IMG/VR virus record: IMGVR_UViG_3300022930_000008
Location: 1-38,795 of that record
Length of the DNA: 38,795 bases
Reading direction: 5' to 3' (one strand)
DNA from: a virus
Lineage: Duplodnaviria; Caudoviricetes
The notes beneath the pieces are model-generated. The model worked only from the letters and a program-made list of their open reading frames with translations, was not told the DNA's origin and did not search any database. Position 1 is the stretch's first letter, and each line of letters opens with the position of its first letter. Both the position numbers and the translations under genes were made by a program. Positions 1 through 8,637 of this stretch are shown one piece after another.

Positions 1-127
1 ATCCTTGTTTAATAGTTTTTGAAGGTCTACAATAGTTGCGTTTAACGCTATTTTGGCCTTCTCCGTTAATTTCTTTTCAGTAGCCAGTTTAAAGCGAATG
101 TCTTCTATCTCTTTTGCATATTGCGCG
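1..127. repeat. 127-nt direct terminal repeat (assembly circularisation overlap), copy 1
   Basis: Bases 1-127 are identical to 38669-38795; the repeat lies inside a gene and 127 is a common assembler k-mer size. Confidence 0.95.
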
Positions 128-1770
128 CGTAACATCGCTTTGGCTTTTTCGTAGCCGTGCGCTATTAATTTTATACGCGCATCTTCCTGTGCCTGTAGCG
201 CGTCTTTTTCAAGTTGGCCTCTTTCTTTTGCGAGTTTGTCCGCCTCGTCCGTTTTCCTTTTATTTTCTTCTTTAACCCGTTTGGCCTCTTCCTTATCGGC
301 TTTTATACGTTCGGCTTTTGTAATTTCTAATTCCGCGCGTATATTGGCTTGTTCGGTTTTAAGGTCTACCGCTATTTGAACTTTTTTATTAAGCAAGTCG
401 ATTTTACCCTGTACGATGTCTACGGCCTCTTCGACCTTTACTTTTTCGGCACGCCCGTTTAGGTCGATATCTAATAAAACTTTATTGTCGCCCCTAGCCT
501 GTGCGTTTTTAACAGCGACTAACATTTCGTAATACTGTTGTAATTTGGCCCGGTTGGCTTCAAGGCTGTAGAGTTCTTCGGCATATATACCTTGAAGTCT
601 TGCGTTGTTTAAACGACGCTCTTTGTATAATGCGTCTTCGACTTTTCGTATCTCGTTAGTCTTGGCACCTTGCGCGTTTAATATCTTTATTTGATTTTCG
701 AGCGCGTTTTGTCGCGCCTCGCTTACTAATTTTAAACGGGCTGCCTCACTGTCCAGGTATTCCAAAAAAGCCAACTGCTCGGCGTTTAGTCTCTTTTGCG
801 CTTCGGCTGATTTATCCGTATTGCTGCTAAACAGAAATAACGCCCCTACCACTGCTATAAGCGCCAAGGCTAAAAGAACGTAGGGATTTGCGGCCGCAAC
901 TAGGTTAAAAACACCTTGTGCGATGGTGGCCGCTATAGTTCCTTTAGTGCTTAATGCTTCGGCCGCAGTCTTGGCCTTTAACTGAATAGCGCGTATCCCA
1001 TCCATTACCGCCGCGGCCTTCTCTTGTATGATACCTTCTTTAGTAACCTGGTTGTATACCTCTTGCGCTTGGCCTGCTAACTCGACAATAGTGGCGATAC
1101 GTTCCGTTGACGCGGCTAGCGTGTCCGTAGTTGTCGTAATTACGCTAAGTGCATCGCTAGAGCCTAAAACGTCAGCCGAAAAACTGGCGGCGCCTTTACC
1201 GGCTTTCTCGAAACCTTCTTTTACTTTGGTTATCCCGCTAAGTGCTTTCTCGTAGTTACCCACGCTATCGCGAAAATTACCGGTACTCTCGCGAAGGGCT
1301 TTATATTCCGCGTCTAGGGCTTGTATTTGCTCTAGTAATTTAACGCCGACCTCAACGTCGTTACGTTCGGCAGCGCTGAGGTCTTCGTATATATTTTTAA
1401 GGTTAGTAAGAGACATTCCCATTTCCGAAATAGACCCCTCGGCAAGCGAACTAATTTGTATTTGCCTAGTAATTTCGCGCGTGCGTTCTCTTAATGCGAT
1501 GTTTGCCTCGATTTGGGCCGCGTTGGTCTTACTGGTTACGTCCGCTATTTTCTTTTCGGTATCCGCCAGCTTTTTAAGGGCCTTCTCCTCTTCGGTAAGC
1601 GTCTTATTAAGCGTCTTAGTCGTTACGTTAACTTTGGCGTCTATCTTATCGACTTTAGCCATCGTGGCGTTAAGCGAGTTAACGGCGTCTTCCAGTTTAG
1701 TAACGTTAGTTATATTCTGCGCAACCCCGTTTATTTTGAGGGTATACTCTTTAATTCCTGTACTTGCCAT
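1..1770 (-). CDS. Tape measure protein, 5' part (continues across the junction into 38668..37154; about 1094 aa in total)
   Basis: ATG at 1770-1768 overlaps the upstream TAA (TAATG). Translation begins MASTGIKEYTLKINGV, is Ala/Glu/Lys-rich coiled coil, has a GNFRDSVGNY motif and a hydrophobic PYVLLALALIAVVGALFLF segment. In frame with ORF 37154..38614 (offset 54 nt). Confidence 0.88.
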   Translation of the reverse strand, partial: MASTGIKEYTLKINGVAQNITNVTKLEDAVNSLNATMAKVDKIDAKVNVTTKTLNKTLTEEEKALKKLADTEKKIADVTSKTNAAQIEANIALRERTREITRQIQISSLAEGSISEMGMSLTNLKNIYEDLSAAERNDVEVGVKLLEQIQALDAEYKALRESTGNFRDSVGNYEKALSGITKVKEGFEKAGKGAASFSADVLGSSDALSVITTTTDTLAASTERIATIVELAGQAQEVYNQVTKEGIIQEKAAAVMDGIRAIQLKAKTAAEALSTKGTIAATIAQGVFNLVAAANPYVLLALALIAVVGALFLFSSNTDKSAEAQKRLNAEQLAFLEYLDSEAARLKLVSEARQNALENQIKILNAQGAKTNEIRKVEDALYKERRLNNARLQGIYAEELYSLEANRAKLQQYYEMLVAVKNAQARGDNKVLLDIDLNGRAEKVKVEEAVDIVQGKIDLLNKKVQIAVDLKTEQANIRAELEITKAERIKADKEEAKRVKEENKRKTDEADKLAKERGQLEKDALQAQEDARIKLIAHGYEKAKAMLRAQYAKEIEDIRFKLATEKKLTEKAKIALNATIVDLQKLLNKD

Positions 1771-4700
1771 TATATTTTGCGAATTAGTTTAATTATAGTC
1801 TTGTTTCTATTTGTCGGGTCATATCCCGATAATTCAGCGACGTAATATATATCGCCGTTATACATTGCCATAATAGACCCGTTTAACGCCTCATACTGTA
1901 GCGGGGTTACAAACCCTTCTAGTTCGGTATAGTGCGAAGACCCATTAATTAACACGGTGAAAAAATTATCCAATATAGTAAAGGGCTGATTTTTGTAATT
2001 AAGTATACTATCGCCTGTACTGTTCGATACTTTGGCGATATCAATAGGCCCGCCGTTAAAATCAAACGTAGCGCCCAAATCGTTTAACAATCCGTCAAAA
2101 TACCAAAATCGGTACGCCTGGTCCGTATATTTCTTTCGCATCGCTTCCGGGTAGTTCATAGCTGTATTCCATACATCTTTTTTAGATATAACCGGAATCG
2201 GCAAAACTATATTGCCCCCTGTTTGTATTTTAGTGATATTCTTAAACCAGTTATACGAAAATACGCTTTTCTGTTCGACTACGCTTTCTTCGGTAACACC
2301 GGTCGCGTATTCCCCGCCGCCGTCGTCTAAAGTGGTAACGTAACCCTCTTCGTCCAAATCTATCGTAAAACCCAACTTATATAACGATGGTAACCCGAGA
2401 GGCGTATTAGACCGGTCTTTCACACTAGCCAGGTTATCCAGGTTAATAAACAAGTTACTTACCGCGGTTTTTTCCTGTTTTACGTCTAGGCTAAACGTTT
2501 TCGCGTCTAATTGAGATAGGTTTAAATTGAACGCTTTACATATATTGTCGATAAAATCATCGGTTTTCATATCCGCGTTTAGGAAACCTACTATATTTAT
2601 ACTGTCTGTGTCGAAATCGGTGGGGTCGTTCCAGTTCATTGTCGCCAATCCGCGCCCCGCTAGGTCGACTTTTAACCAGTTTGGGTCCCTTTTAAACGGG
2701 GTTATGGTTAAATCAAACTCGACTTGTTGACCTACTAGCCCATATGAAGAGTGCATCCCGTTATCGCGGTACCTTCCTTCGCTACTTACGGCCGCAACGG
2801 TGATTAATTCGCCCGCCTCAAACCATACAATAGCGTTTGCGCTGCCTTGCGCGTTCCAGTTCTCGTCCGCCGGAGACCCCGCATACCTACCTTTACGTAT
2901 GAAATTAGACGGGGCGTTAATAAGATCAATATGATATTTGTTCGAAGCCTCCCACCCGATAACTTCTTCGCTCTCAAACACGATAGTACGCCCGATTGTT
3001 AGCGTACCGTCGACATCGAAGTCGGAAGTAGCCAAATAAAACGATACTTCGGGCGCGTACGTGAACGTCGAAGTAGGTACGGTATCAAAAACGGCAACCC
3101 CGTTAACAAAAGGTATTACTTTCCAGGGCGTCGTATGCCCCGAACTTTGGAATAAATAGGCGTTTCCAGTATACCCGGACCCGGACGGCGCCTGTATTAC
3201 CCATGTGTAAAAAATAGGCAATGGAAAGCGCACAAGTATTACATTATCCGACGCTAAATTAACTCCCGTTACTGTAAACGGATTACTGCTATATCCCGAT
3301 AACCTCACGTAAACGGCGTTTGAAGGCGCGATAACCGGCTCGTTTGTAAATGTAGTCGTTCCGCCCGCGCCTTCAAATTGATACCCAATATATTGTTTAT
3401 TAATATCATAAAAAGCAACTATCGCAAGGTTACTATTTATAGGCGCGTACAGGGTAAACCTTAAATCGTTATAAGCTGCCAATAAAATAAAGTCAGTAAC
3501 CGACCAGGCGGCGTCCGGCACCATGAACCCCGTAACTACACTTAGGTAATATCCGGTAAATCGCGTCGTTAATATAGAATTATCCGCCGGAATCGGGGTA
3601 CCGTTCGCGTCTAGTATCTGCCCGGTTACACGCGTCCCGGTGCTATAGTCTATATCCTGGTTCGGGTTGTCCCCTTCGTTATCAAAATTACCTATTCGGC
3701 CATACTTCCAGTAACCCGGGCTTTTTATAGCTAATCGGGTGGGGTTCTCGTTGCCTTCGCTCGCGTCCCAACTAAGGGCGGGTTTTGAAACTATTATTTG
3801 GCACCACTGGTTTGTTTCGTCTCTAGGATTTATATAGTTTTGCCAAGAGGTCCCGCCGTATCCGTTGTCGCTGTTTATACCTATCTCAAAACCTACTATT
3901 AAATTACGGTCTTGCGTGATATCTACCATGTTTATTTGCCCGTCAGTTGGCACGGTAGGTAAATATTTCGGCACGTTCGCCCCGTCGTAAATACTGTTTT
4001 GCGGTTGGTTGTTTCTGTAAAAGGTCCCGTCTAATTTGGCGTTACTTAATCCAAAATCGCCCTGTTTTTTATCACGAAGTACGCGCATGCTGTAGATATT
4101 TGAATTAAATCTATTACCCGCGTTTACCGAGCGCCCCGAAATGTGCTGCACGCCGGTAGCCGAATCGGTAAAACGCCAGCTTTCGTCGTCATTTACTTTT
4201 AAACTCGCGTCGAACTCGACTTTATAAAACCCCGCGGATGGTATGCGTATCTGTCCGTTTATCCAAATGGTAGACCCGTCGGCGTCTATAACTTCTTTAA
4301 GTAAAACGTTACCGCCGTTATCTACGTCGATGTTAATTAAGGCGTTTGTCGTGTCTAAAAAGTCGATAGAGTAAATCGCGCCAGTGTCGTCGCTCCCTTG
4401 GTTTATTCCGCGCTCGTATGCTCTTGTACTGCTACCGGTTCTTTTATTATAAATGGACGACCAGGCGCCCGAAACTCTCATATTAGCGTGGTACCCGTAA
4501 TTCCAAGGTTGTATATATTCCGTATTATTTTTATAGGACATATATAAGCTAAGTAATCGCCCGTCGTCGTAGGCGCTGCCTACTATGTTATACCCCTGCG
4601 ATTCGAAAATGTGTTTAATCATTAAAAGCGGGTTAATGCTCGGCGCTAAATCCTGCATACTAAAGTAAACACTTTCGTCCCAAATGTTGCGCGCCGAATA

Positions 4701-5210
4701 GGTGTTAGCGTTTTTATTTAACGGGACTTTAGGAAGTACCCCGTACAAAACTATAGGGAATATAGCCATTTGCGGCGTTGTTCTAGCGGCGTTGTTGTAT
4801 AAGCTTACCGAGTCGGCGAAATCTAAAAACGGTATACGATATTCCGGGTTTTGGTTTAACTTAATGTCGCCGAATATATCTTTAATAGATCGCAATGACG
4901 GTATATATAAATTACCTGTGTACCCTTTGTTTATTTTGGATAATCTAAAATTACCGGAAAATATAAGAACACTATTCACGAGTAGCACGGCAGTATATAC
5001 ACGGTTAAATTTATTCCCGGTCTCTTCAATGTTTGTGTAATTGAATATTTCGTCATTACCTTCGCTAAAAGGCACGGATATACTGTAACTAAATTGCGCG
5101 TCTTTGGTATTTAGTTCACCCGGCGCCAACAATTTACGATTTAGCCGCATGGCGAAGTCTAAATTTAAGTCGCACAATTTTCCGTTAATATATAATTCGG
5201 TGTTAGTCAT
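1770..5210 (-). CDS. Large tail tip/baseplate hub-like protein with an inserted beta-sandwich module
   Basis: 1146 aa, beta-rich; N-terminus ELYINGKLCDL..FSYSISVP..NDEIF resembles Bacteroidota siphophage tail proteins; next to the TMP. Confidence 0.65.
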   Translation of the reverse strand: MTNTELYINGKLCDLNLDFAMRLNRKLLAPGELNTKDAQFSYSISVPFSEGNDEIFNYTNIEETGNKFNRVYTAVLLVNSVLIFSGNFRLSKINKGYTGNLYIPSLRSIKDIFGDIKLNQNPEYRIPFLDFADSVSLYNNAARTTPQMAIFPIVLYGVLPKVPLNKNANTYSARNIWDESVYFSMQDLAPSINPLLMIKHIFESQGYNIVGSAYDDGRLLSLYMSYKNNTEYIQPWNYGYHANMRVSGAWSSIYNKRTGSSTRAYERGINQGSDDTGAIYSIDFLDTTNALINIDVDNGGNVLLKEVIDADGSTIWINGQIRIPSAGFYKVEFDASLKVNDDESWRFTDSATGVQHISGRSVNAGNRFNSNIYSMRVLRDKKQGDFGLSNAKLDGTFYRNNQPQNSIYDGANVPKYLPTVPTDGQINMVDITQDRNLIVGFEIGINSDNGYGGTSWQNYINPRDETNQWCQIIVSKPALSWDASEGNENPTRLAIKSPGYWKYGRIGNFDNEGDNPNQDIDYSTGTRVTGQILDANGTPIPADNSILTTRFTGYYLSVVTGFMVPDAAWSVTDFILLAAYNDLRFTLYAPINSNLAIVAFYDINKQYIGYQFEGAGGTTTFTNEPVIAPSNAVYVRLSGYSSNPFTVTGVNLASDNVILVRFPLPIFYTWVIQAPSGSGYTGNAYLFQSSGHTTPWKVIPFVNGVAVFDTVPTSTFTYAPEVSFYLATSDFDVDGTLTIGRTIVFESEEVIGWEASNKYHIDLINAPSNFIRKGRYAGSPADENWNAQGSANAIVWFEAGELITVAAVSSEGRYRDNGMHSSYGLVGQQVEFDLTITPFKRDPNWLKVDLAGRGLATMNWNDPTDFDTDSINIVGFLNADMKTDDFIDNICKAFNLNLSQLDAKTFSLDVKQEKTAVSNLFINLDNLASVKDRSNTPLGLPSLYKLGFTIDLDEEGYVTTLDDGGGEYATGVTEESVVEQKSVFSYNWFKNITKIQTGGNIVLPIPVISKKDVWNTAMNYPEAMRKKYTDQAYRFWYFDGLLNDLGATFDFNGGPIDIAKVSNSTGDSILNYKNQPFTILDNFFTVLINGSSHYTELEGFVTPLQYEALNGSIMAMYNGDIYYVAELSGYDPTNRNKTIIKLIRKI

Positions 5211-6798
5211 TGGTATAAGTTTCAGATAGTCTATATTTAATAGTCGCGGTTTGCATGTTATACGCTGCCGCCGTTTTACGTAACGTGACTTCTTCTTTAA
5301 TCACATAGTTTAAGTCGTTGTCGAATACAACTTTACTCGCGGCCAACTCTTTAAGCCAAAGGGCTATATCATCCGAAAAAGGCGCGCTTTCCACGATAAA
5401 CGTGTTGGCTATACTGGAAGACTGTACCGTCTCAATACTACTACCGCGTTTATATGCGGGCGTTATGGTTTTATTAAAAGTTTCAACATCTATCTTTATT
5501 TCGTCTTGTATCGTTGAATCGAAATTAAAAGTATCCCAGCCGCCAAGACGGTTTAAAAAACTAAACTGTAATAGCTTGTGTAAACACTCCGGCATAATGG
5601 TGTACTCCTGGTCGTTAGAAACTATCTCGCCCCCGAAAGCTAACGCGACCCTAACTATTCCCGCACCGGGGTAAGTTGCGATAACGTCGTCGATATTTAG
5701 TACGCAAGTGTTTACCGCCTTAAGTACTGACTGCGCCACGGTTTGCCCGTAAACAGTCGCCACGTAAACATCGCTTGTAGTATACACCCTATACGCTATA
5801 GAAAACGGAATCCCGGCAATAATGGCGTTATTAGTATTCTCGAATATAAAATTTAAATATTCCCGTTGCCCCTTAACGTACGAGGTGCGCGGTTTATTAG
5901 TAAGCAGTTTTATAGGTGCGCCAGTAAAAGTATACTCTGTAAGGTCTAACGGATCCGATACTTCGCCGTATCCGTTTAAAACAAAAAGCGCGTTAGACTG
6001 ATAAAACGAAAACGAATTGTAAGTTTTAACTTTGGCGACAAATCGGAAAACGCTAGCGGTCCCCGTGTCGAACCAGCCGACCACTAAAGGCGGCGTATTG
6101 TATTTATTATTCTGCGCGAAGATTGAATTAAGTTCAAACCATAAAGGGACCCCGGAGTAAGTTTTTTGTAAAGTGGTCGCGTAGTGTCCAAGGCTTGCGA
6201 CGCTTATCGGTTTATCGTCTTGCCCGAAGTATAAATCCGCATCGACGTAAAGGTCTAAATCTATTTCGGCCGTGCTGGCTTCACCGCTTATACTATCGTT
6301 GTTTACAGATACGGGAACTACCGGCGTAACAAGGTACGCAACATTTGCCGTATTTCCTGGCGCTGCAACGGTTATGTTATAATCCGTGCCCGCTCCTTTA
6401 CTCTTAATACTGATAATCTCCCCGTTAAGGATTGCATTGTTTACTAAGTTAAACGGGATAGATACTTCGAAGTTTGCGGCAATCCAGCGGTTATTTAAAA
6501 GCGCTTGTCTTAAATTCTCGGCGGTATCTGACTTAGTAGCCGAAATATAAAAAGTACTTCCGCCCACTGCCGACGGGGTTATAGTTCCTTTAAAGGAATT
6601 AACCGCGCCGTCCGGTTGCGTAATATTAAGTACCGTCGCCGCTAAGTTTGTTCCTTGCGTCATATTAATTTTTATTGTAATTTCTAAATATTGTTTAACG
6701 CTGGGTTTACTTGCGAAGGTCACAAAATTAGGAAGAGCCGACAACGCTAAACGGTCCGGCTCGGTTATCACTGCTATATCTTTACTTACGTAGCCCAT
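5203..6798 (-). CDS. Tail structural protein (distal-tail-like)
   Basis: 531 aa, beta-rich; C-terminal FLNRLGGWDTFNF motif typical of Bacteroidota phage tail proteins; coupled to its neighbours. Confidence 0.6.
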   Translation of the reverse strand: MGYVSKDIAVITEPDRLALSALPNFVTFASKPSVKQYLEITIKINMTQGTNLAATVLNITQPDGAVNSFKGTITPSAVGGSTFYISATKSDTAENLRQALLNNRWIAANFEVSIPFNLVNNAILNGEIISIKSKGAGTDYNITVAAPGNTANVAYLVTPVVPVSVNNDSISGEASTAEIDLDLYVDADLYFGQDDKPISVASLGHYATTLQKTYSGVPLWFELNSIFAQNNKYNTPPLVVGWFDTGTASVFRFVAKVKTYNSFSFYQSNALFVLNGYGEVSDPLDLTEYTFTGAPIKLLTNKPRTSYVKGQREYLNFIFENTNNAIIAGIPFSIAYRVYTTSDVYVATVYGQTVAQSVLKAVNTCVLNIDDVIATYPGAGIVRVALAFGGEIVSNDQEYTIMPECLHKLLQFSFLNRLGGWDTFNFDSTIQDEIKIDVETFNKTITPAYKRGSSIETVQSSSIANTFIVESAPFSDDIALWLKELAASKVVFDNDLNYVIKEEVTLRKTAAAYNMQTATIKYRLSETYTND

Positions 6799-6801
6799 AT
6801 C

Positions 6802-7281
6802 TTAATCATTAAAAAATTTATCCAAATTATCCAAGGTCGCGTTTAATAACTGCGGCGCCCAATCGTTCATATACAACCCGTCCAGTTCGGTATCCATCGT
6901 CGCAAATATTGGGCGGCCCACGTGTCCGTCTCTCCATATTGCGTATGATATACGCCAAAGCGTGTCAGCGTCCGTAGGTATGTTATTCTTTGCGGCCCAG
7001 TCTTTCAAAACGTCTATAGGCGGTTTTTTACCATACATAGGCGGGCGGTCCCATTCTATAAAAGGAACGTAGTTATTAAATAGGGTTTTTATCACGGGGT
7101 CGTAACCTTCGCTTTGTCCTATTGTTACGGCCAAGTCGTCGCGCAAAATACTATTCTTTAAAGTGTTTCGCCCTATCTTTGTGTTAGTACTTATGCTGTC
7201 GTCTTCCAATATGGCGTTTGCTAGCGCTATCATATCGTCCGCTATTTTAAGCGTAGCCAATCTTATACCTTCGGCGCTCAT
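6802..7281 (-). CDS. Putative neck/tail-completion protein
   Basis: 159 aa; Y..FIEW.R.P..K.PP....DWA..I.RDG pattern resembles phage neck (HK97 gp10-like) proteins; position in virion operon. Confidence 0.55.
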   Translation of the reverse strand: MSAEGIRLATLKIADDMIALANAILEDDSISTNTKIGRNTLKNSILRDDLAVTIGQSEGYDPVIKTLFNNYVPFIEWDRPPMYGKKPPIDVLKDWAAKNNIPTDADTLWRISYAIWRDGHVGRPIFATMDTELDGLYMNDWAPQLLNATLDNLDKFFND

Positions 7282-7823
7282 GTTGTCGGGAAGGTAAAGT
7301 CGGGAAGCCCGGTACCTGTATTAAATACGGCGCAACCGCTCGGGTTATCGACGTTAAAGTCGGGAAGCGCTTTTACGTCAGGAAATTGTTTACTCGGGTC
7401 GAAGTCGTCCGCACACCTGTTTACTGGGTTGGCCTGGCGTAAAGTTATTGTAAACCTTATGCCCGCCGCGTTGTCGTCGTAATAGTCGCGTAGGGTCACA
7501 AAATTAAATGTGGCAATACTGAAACCCGTTAAAGGTCGGATATTTTTAATTCTCTCTATCGTAGATAGTCCCGCATCGAAGGCGGCAGATTGCACCGCGT
7601 TTACGCCTTCGCTAGTTGCCGGAATTCCTAATACATCTAAATTCACGGTCCAAGATATTACCGCCCCGTCGGCGTTTTGCTGGCTTCCCGTGATAGGGTC
7701 GTCCAACCACATAAGCGGGTACTTAGAATTGCCGGCGCCTTTTTGGTACGACTTGTCGTAAATGAAACCGTTTATACCTTTGTGCTCTCGGGCTAGTTGG
7801 TAAAAGAAATTAACTATTTGCAT
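7278..7823 (-). CDS. Putative tail terminator/completion protein
   Basis: 181 aa; YPLMWLD and DDNAAGIRFTITL motifs; position in virion operon. Confidence 0.55.
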   Translation of the reverse strand: MQIVNFFYQLAREHKGINGFIYDKSYQKGAGNSKYPLMWLDDPITGSQQNADGAVISWTVNLDVLGIPATSEGVNAVQSAAFDAGLSTIERIKNIRPLTGFSIATFNFVTLRDYYDDNAAGIRFTITLRQANPVNRCADDFDPSKQFPDVKALPDFNVDNPSGCAVFNTGTGLPDFTFPTT

Positions 7824-8100
7824 TTTTCGAGTTTTTAGCTATGAATTTATCTAACTTTCTTTGCGCGGATTCCGCTACGTCTTTATTTTTTAAGTACTGT
7901 AAAAACGTGAATACTTCTGTAACTGGTAGCGCAATGATCGAATCAAAACGTAATATTTGAGTACCGGCCATATCCGCAATAACTTTATACCACCCCCAAG
8001 CCTTAGAAAACTTTTTATATTCCGGGGCAATAGGTCGGCTACTTCCCGAAGCTTCGTATAGGCTTCGGTATGTGCTTTTAACATTTCCCTGCAATGCAAA
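7810..8100 (-). CDS. -1 frame extension of the tail assembly chaperone (GT-like C-terminal part)
   Basis: No ATG start; lies in the -1 frame of 7890..8579 and is open up to the T9 run at 8106-8098; protein-like sequence FSKAWGWYKVIADMAG..VFTFLQYLK. Confidence 0.7.
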   Translation of the reverse strand, partial: FALQGNVKSTYRSLYEASGSSRPIAPEYKKFSKAWGWYKVIADMAGTQILRFDSIIALPVTEVFTFLQYLKNKDVAESAQRKLDKFIAKNSKNANS

Positions 8101-8579
8101 AAAAAAGCCATGACGCCCAGTACTTTAGTCATTGGAAGCGATGCAAACATAGCGGCGCGAGTTTCGTTATTCTCGTAATTATACTCTTCACCTACCGGGC
8201 GGCACACTATCGCCAGCATATTGGATAATACTTTGGTTTCGGCTTTCTGTGCCTCTTCCGCATCTACCCAGGCGCCGAGTGTTATTTTATCTTCCATCGG
8301 TACGAAGTACTTAACGTTGTCTACGTCCATATAAGCGCAAGGCTCGATATTATGGTCTTTAAATAAAAACATAGTGTGTTCTACCAAAACATTAAATACC
8401 TCGGCGGGCCAAGACATTAATATATCGCTTTCAGTTCCGCACACTATTGCCACGAACGCGACGCGCTCCCGGGCGTTCGTCGGGCGTATTTTATAGAAGG
8501 TTTCATAAAACCCTAATGTAACGTCGTCCCAGCTTTCGGGCACGTCCAGTTTGATGTCGTTGTACTCAATTGTTGTCAT
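7890..8579 (-). CDS. Tail assembly chaperone (G-like) with slippery site
   Basis: 229 aa; VPESWDDVTLG N-terminus; MAFFL encoded by GCT TTT TTT TTG. Confidence 0.7.
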   Translation of the reverse strand: MTTIEYNDIKLDVPESWDDVTLGFYETFYKIRPTNARERVAFVAIVCGTESDILMSWPAEVFNVLVEHTMFLFKDHNIEPCAYMDVDNVKYFVPMEDKITLGAWVDAEEAQKAETKVLSNMLAIVCRPVGEEYNYENNETRAAMFASLPMTKVLGVMAFFLHCREMLKAHTEAYTKLREVADLLPRNIKSFLRLGGGIKLLRIWPVLKYYVLIRSLRYQLQKYSRFYST

Positions 8580-8583
8580 ACGG

Positions 8584-8591
8584 TAAAGATA
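8584..8591 (-). promoter_or_regulatory. Putative late promoter TATCTTTA, 4 nt before the ATG
   Basis: TATCTTTA-CCGT-ATG; same arrangement at three other late unit starts. Confidence 0.65.
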
Positions 8592-8605
8592 AATACGGCT
8601 ATTTT

Positions 8606-8613
8606 TATCTTTC
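8606..8613 (+). promoter_or_regulatory. Putative divergent promoter for the portal operon (TATCTTTC)
   Basis: Inverted partner of the 8584-8591 motif in the 58-nt divergent gap (AAAGATAAA..TTTATCTTT). Confidence 0.45.
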
Positions 8614-8637
8614 GAATATATCTTAATCAGTGTACCA

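Noticed and set aside
1-127. Terminal repeat as a biological DTR
   Set aside because: It is exactly 127 nt and falls mid-gene, which fits an assembler overlap better.
1028-7761. + strand ORFs opposite the tail genes (e.g. 1481..1792, 4702..5040, 5318..5674)
   Set aside because: Antisense shadows of long real genes, with no motifs or start context.
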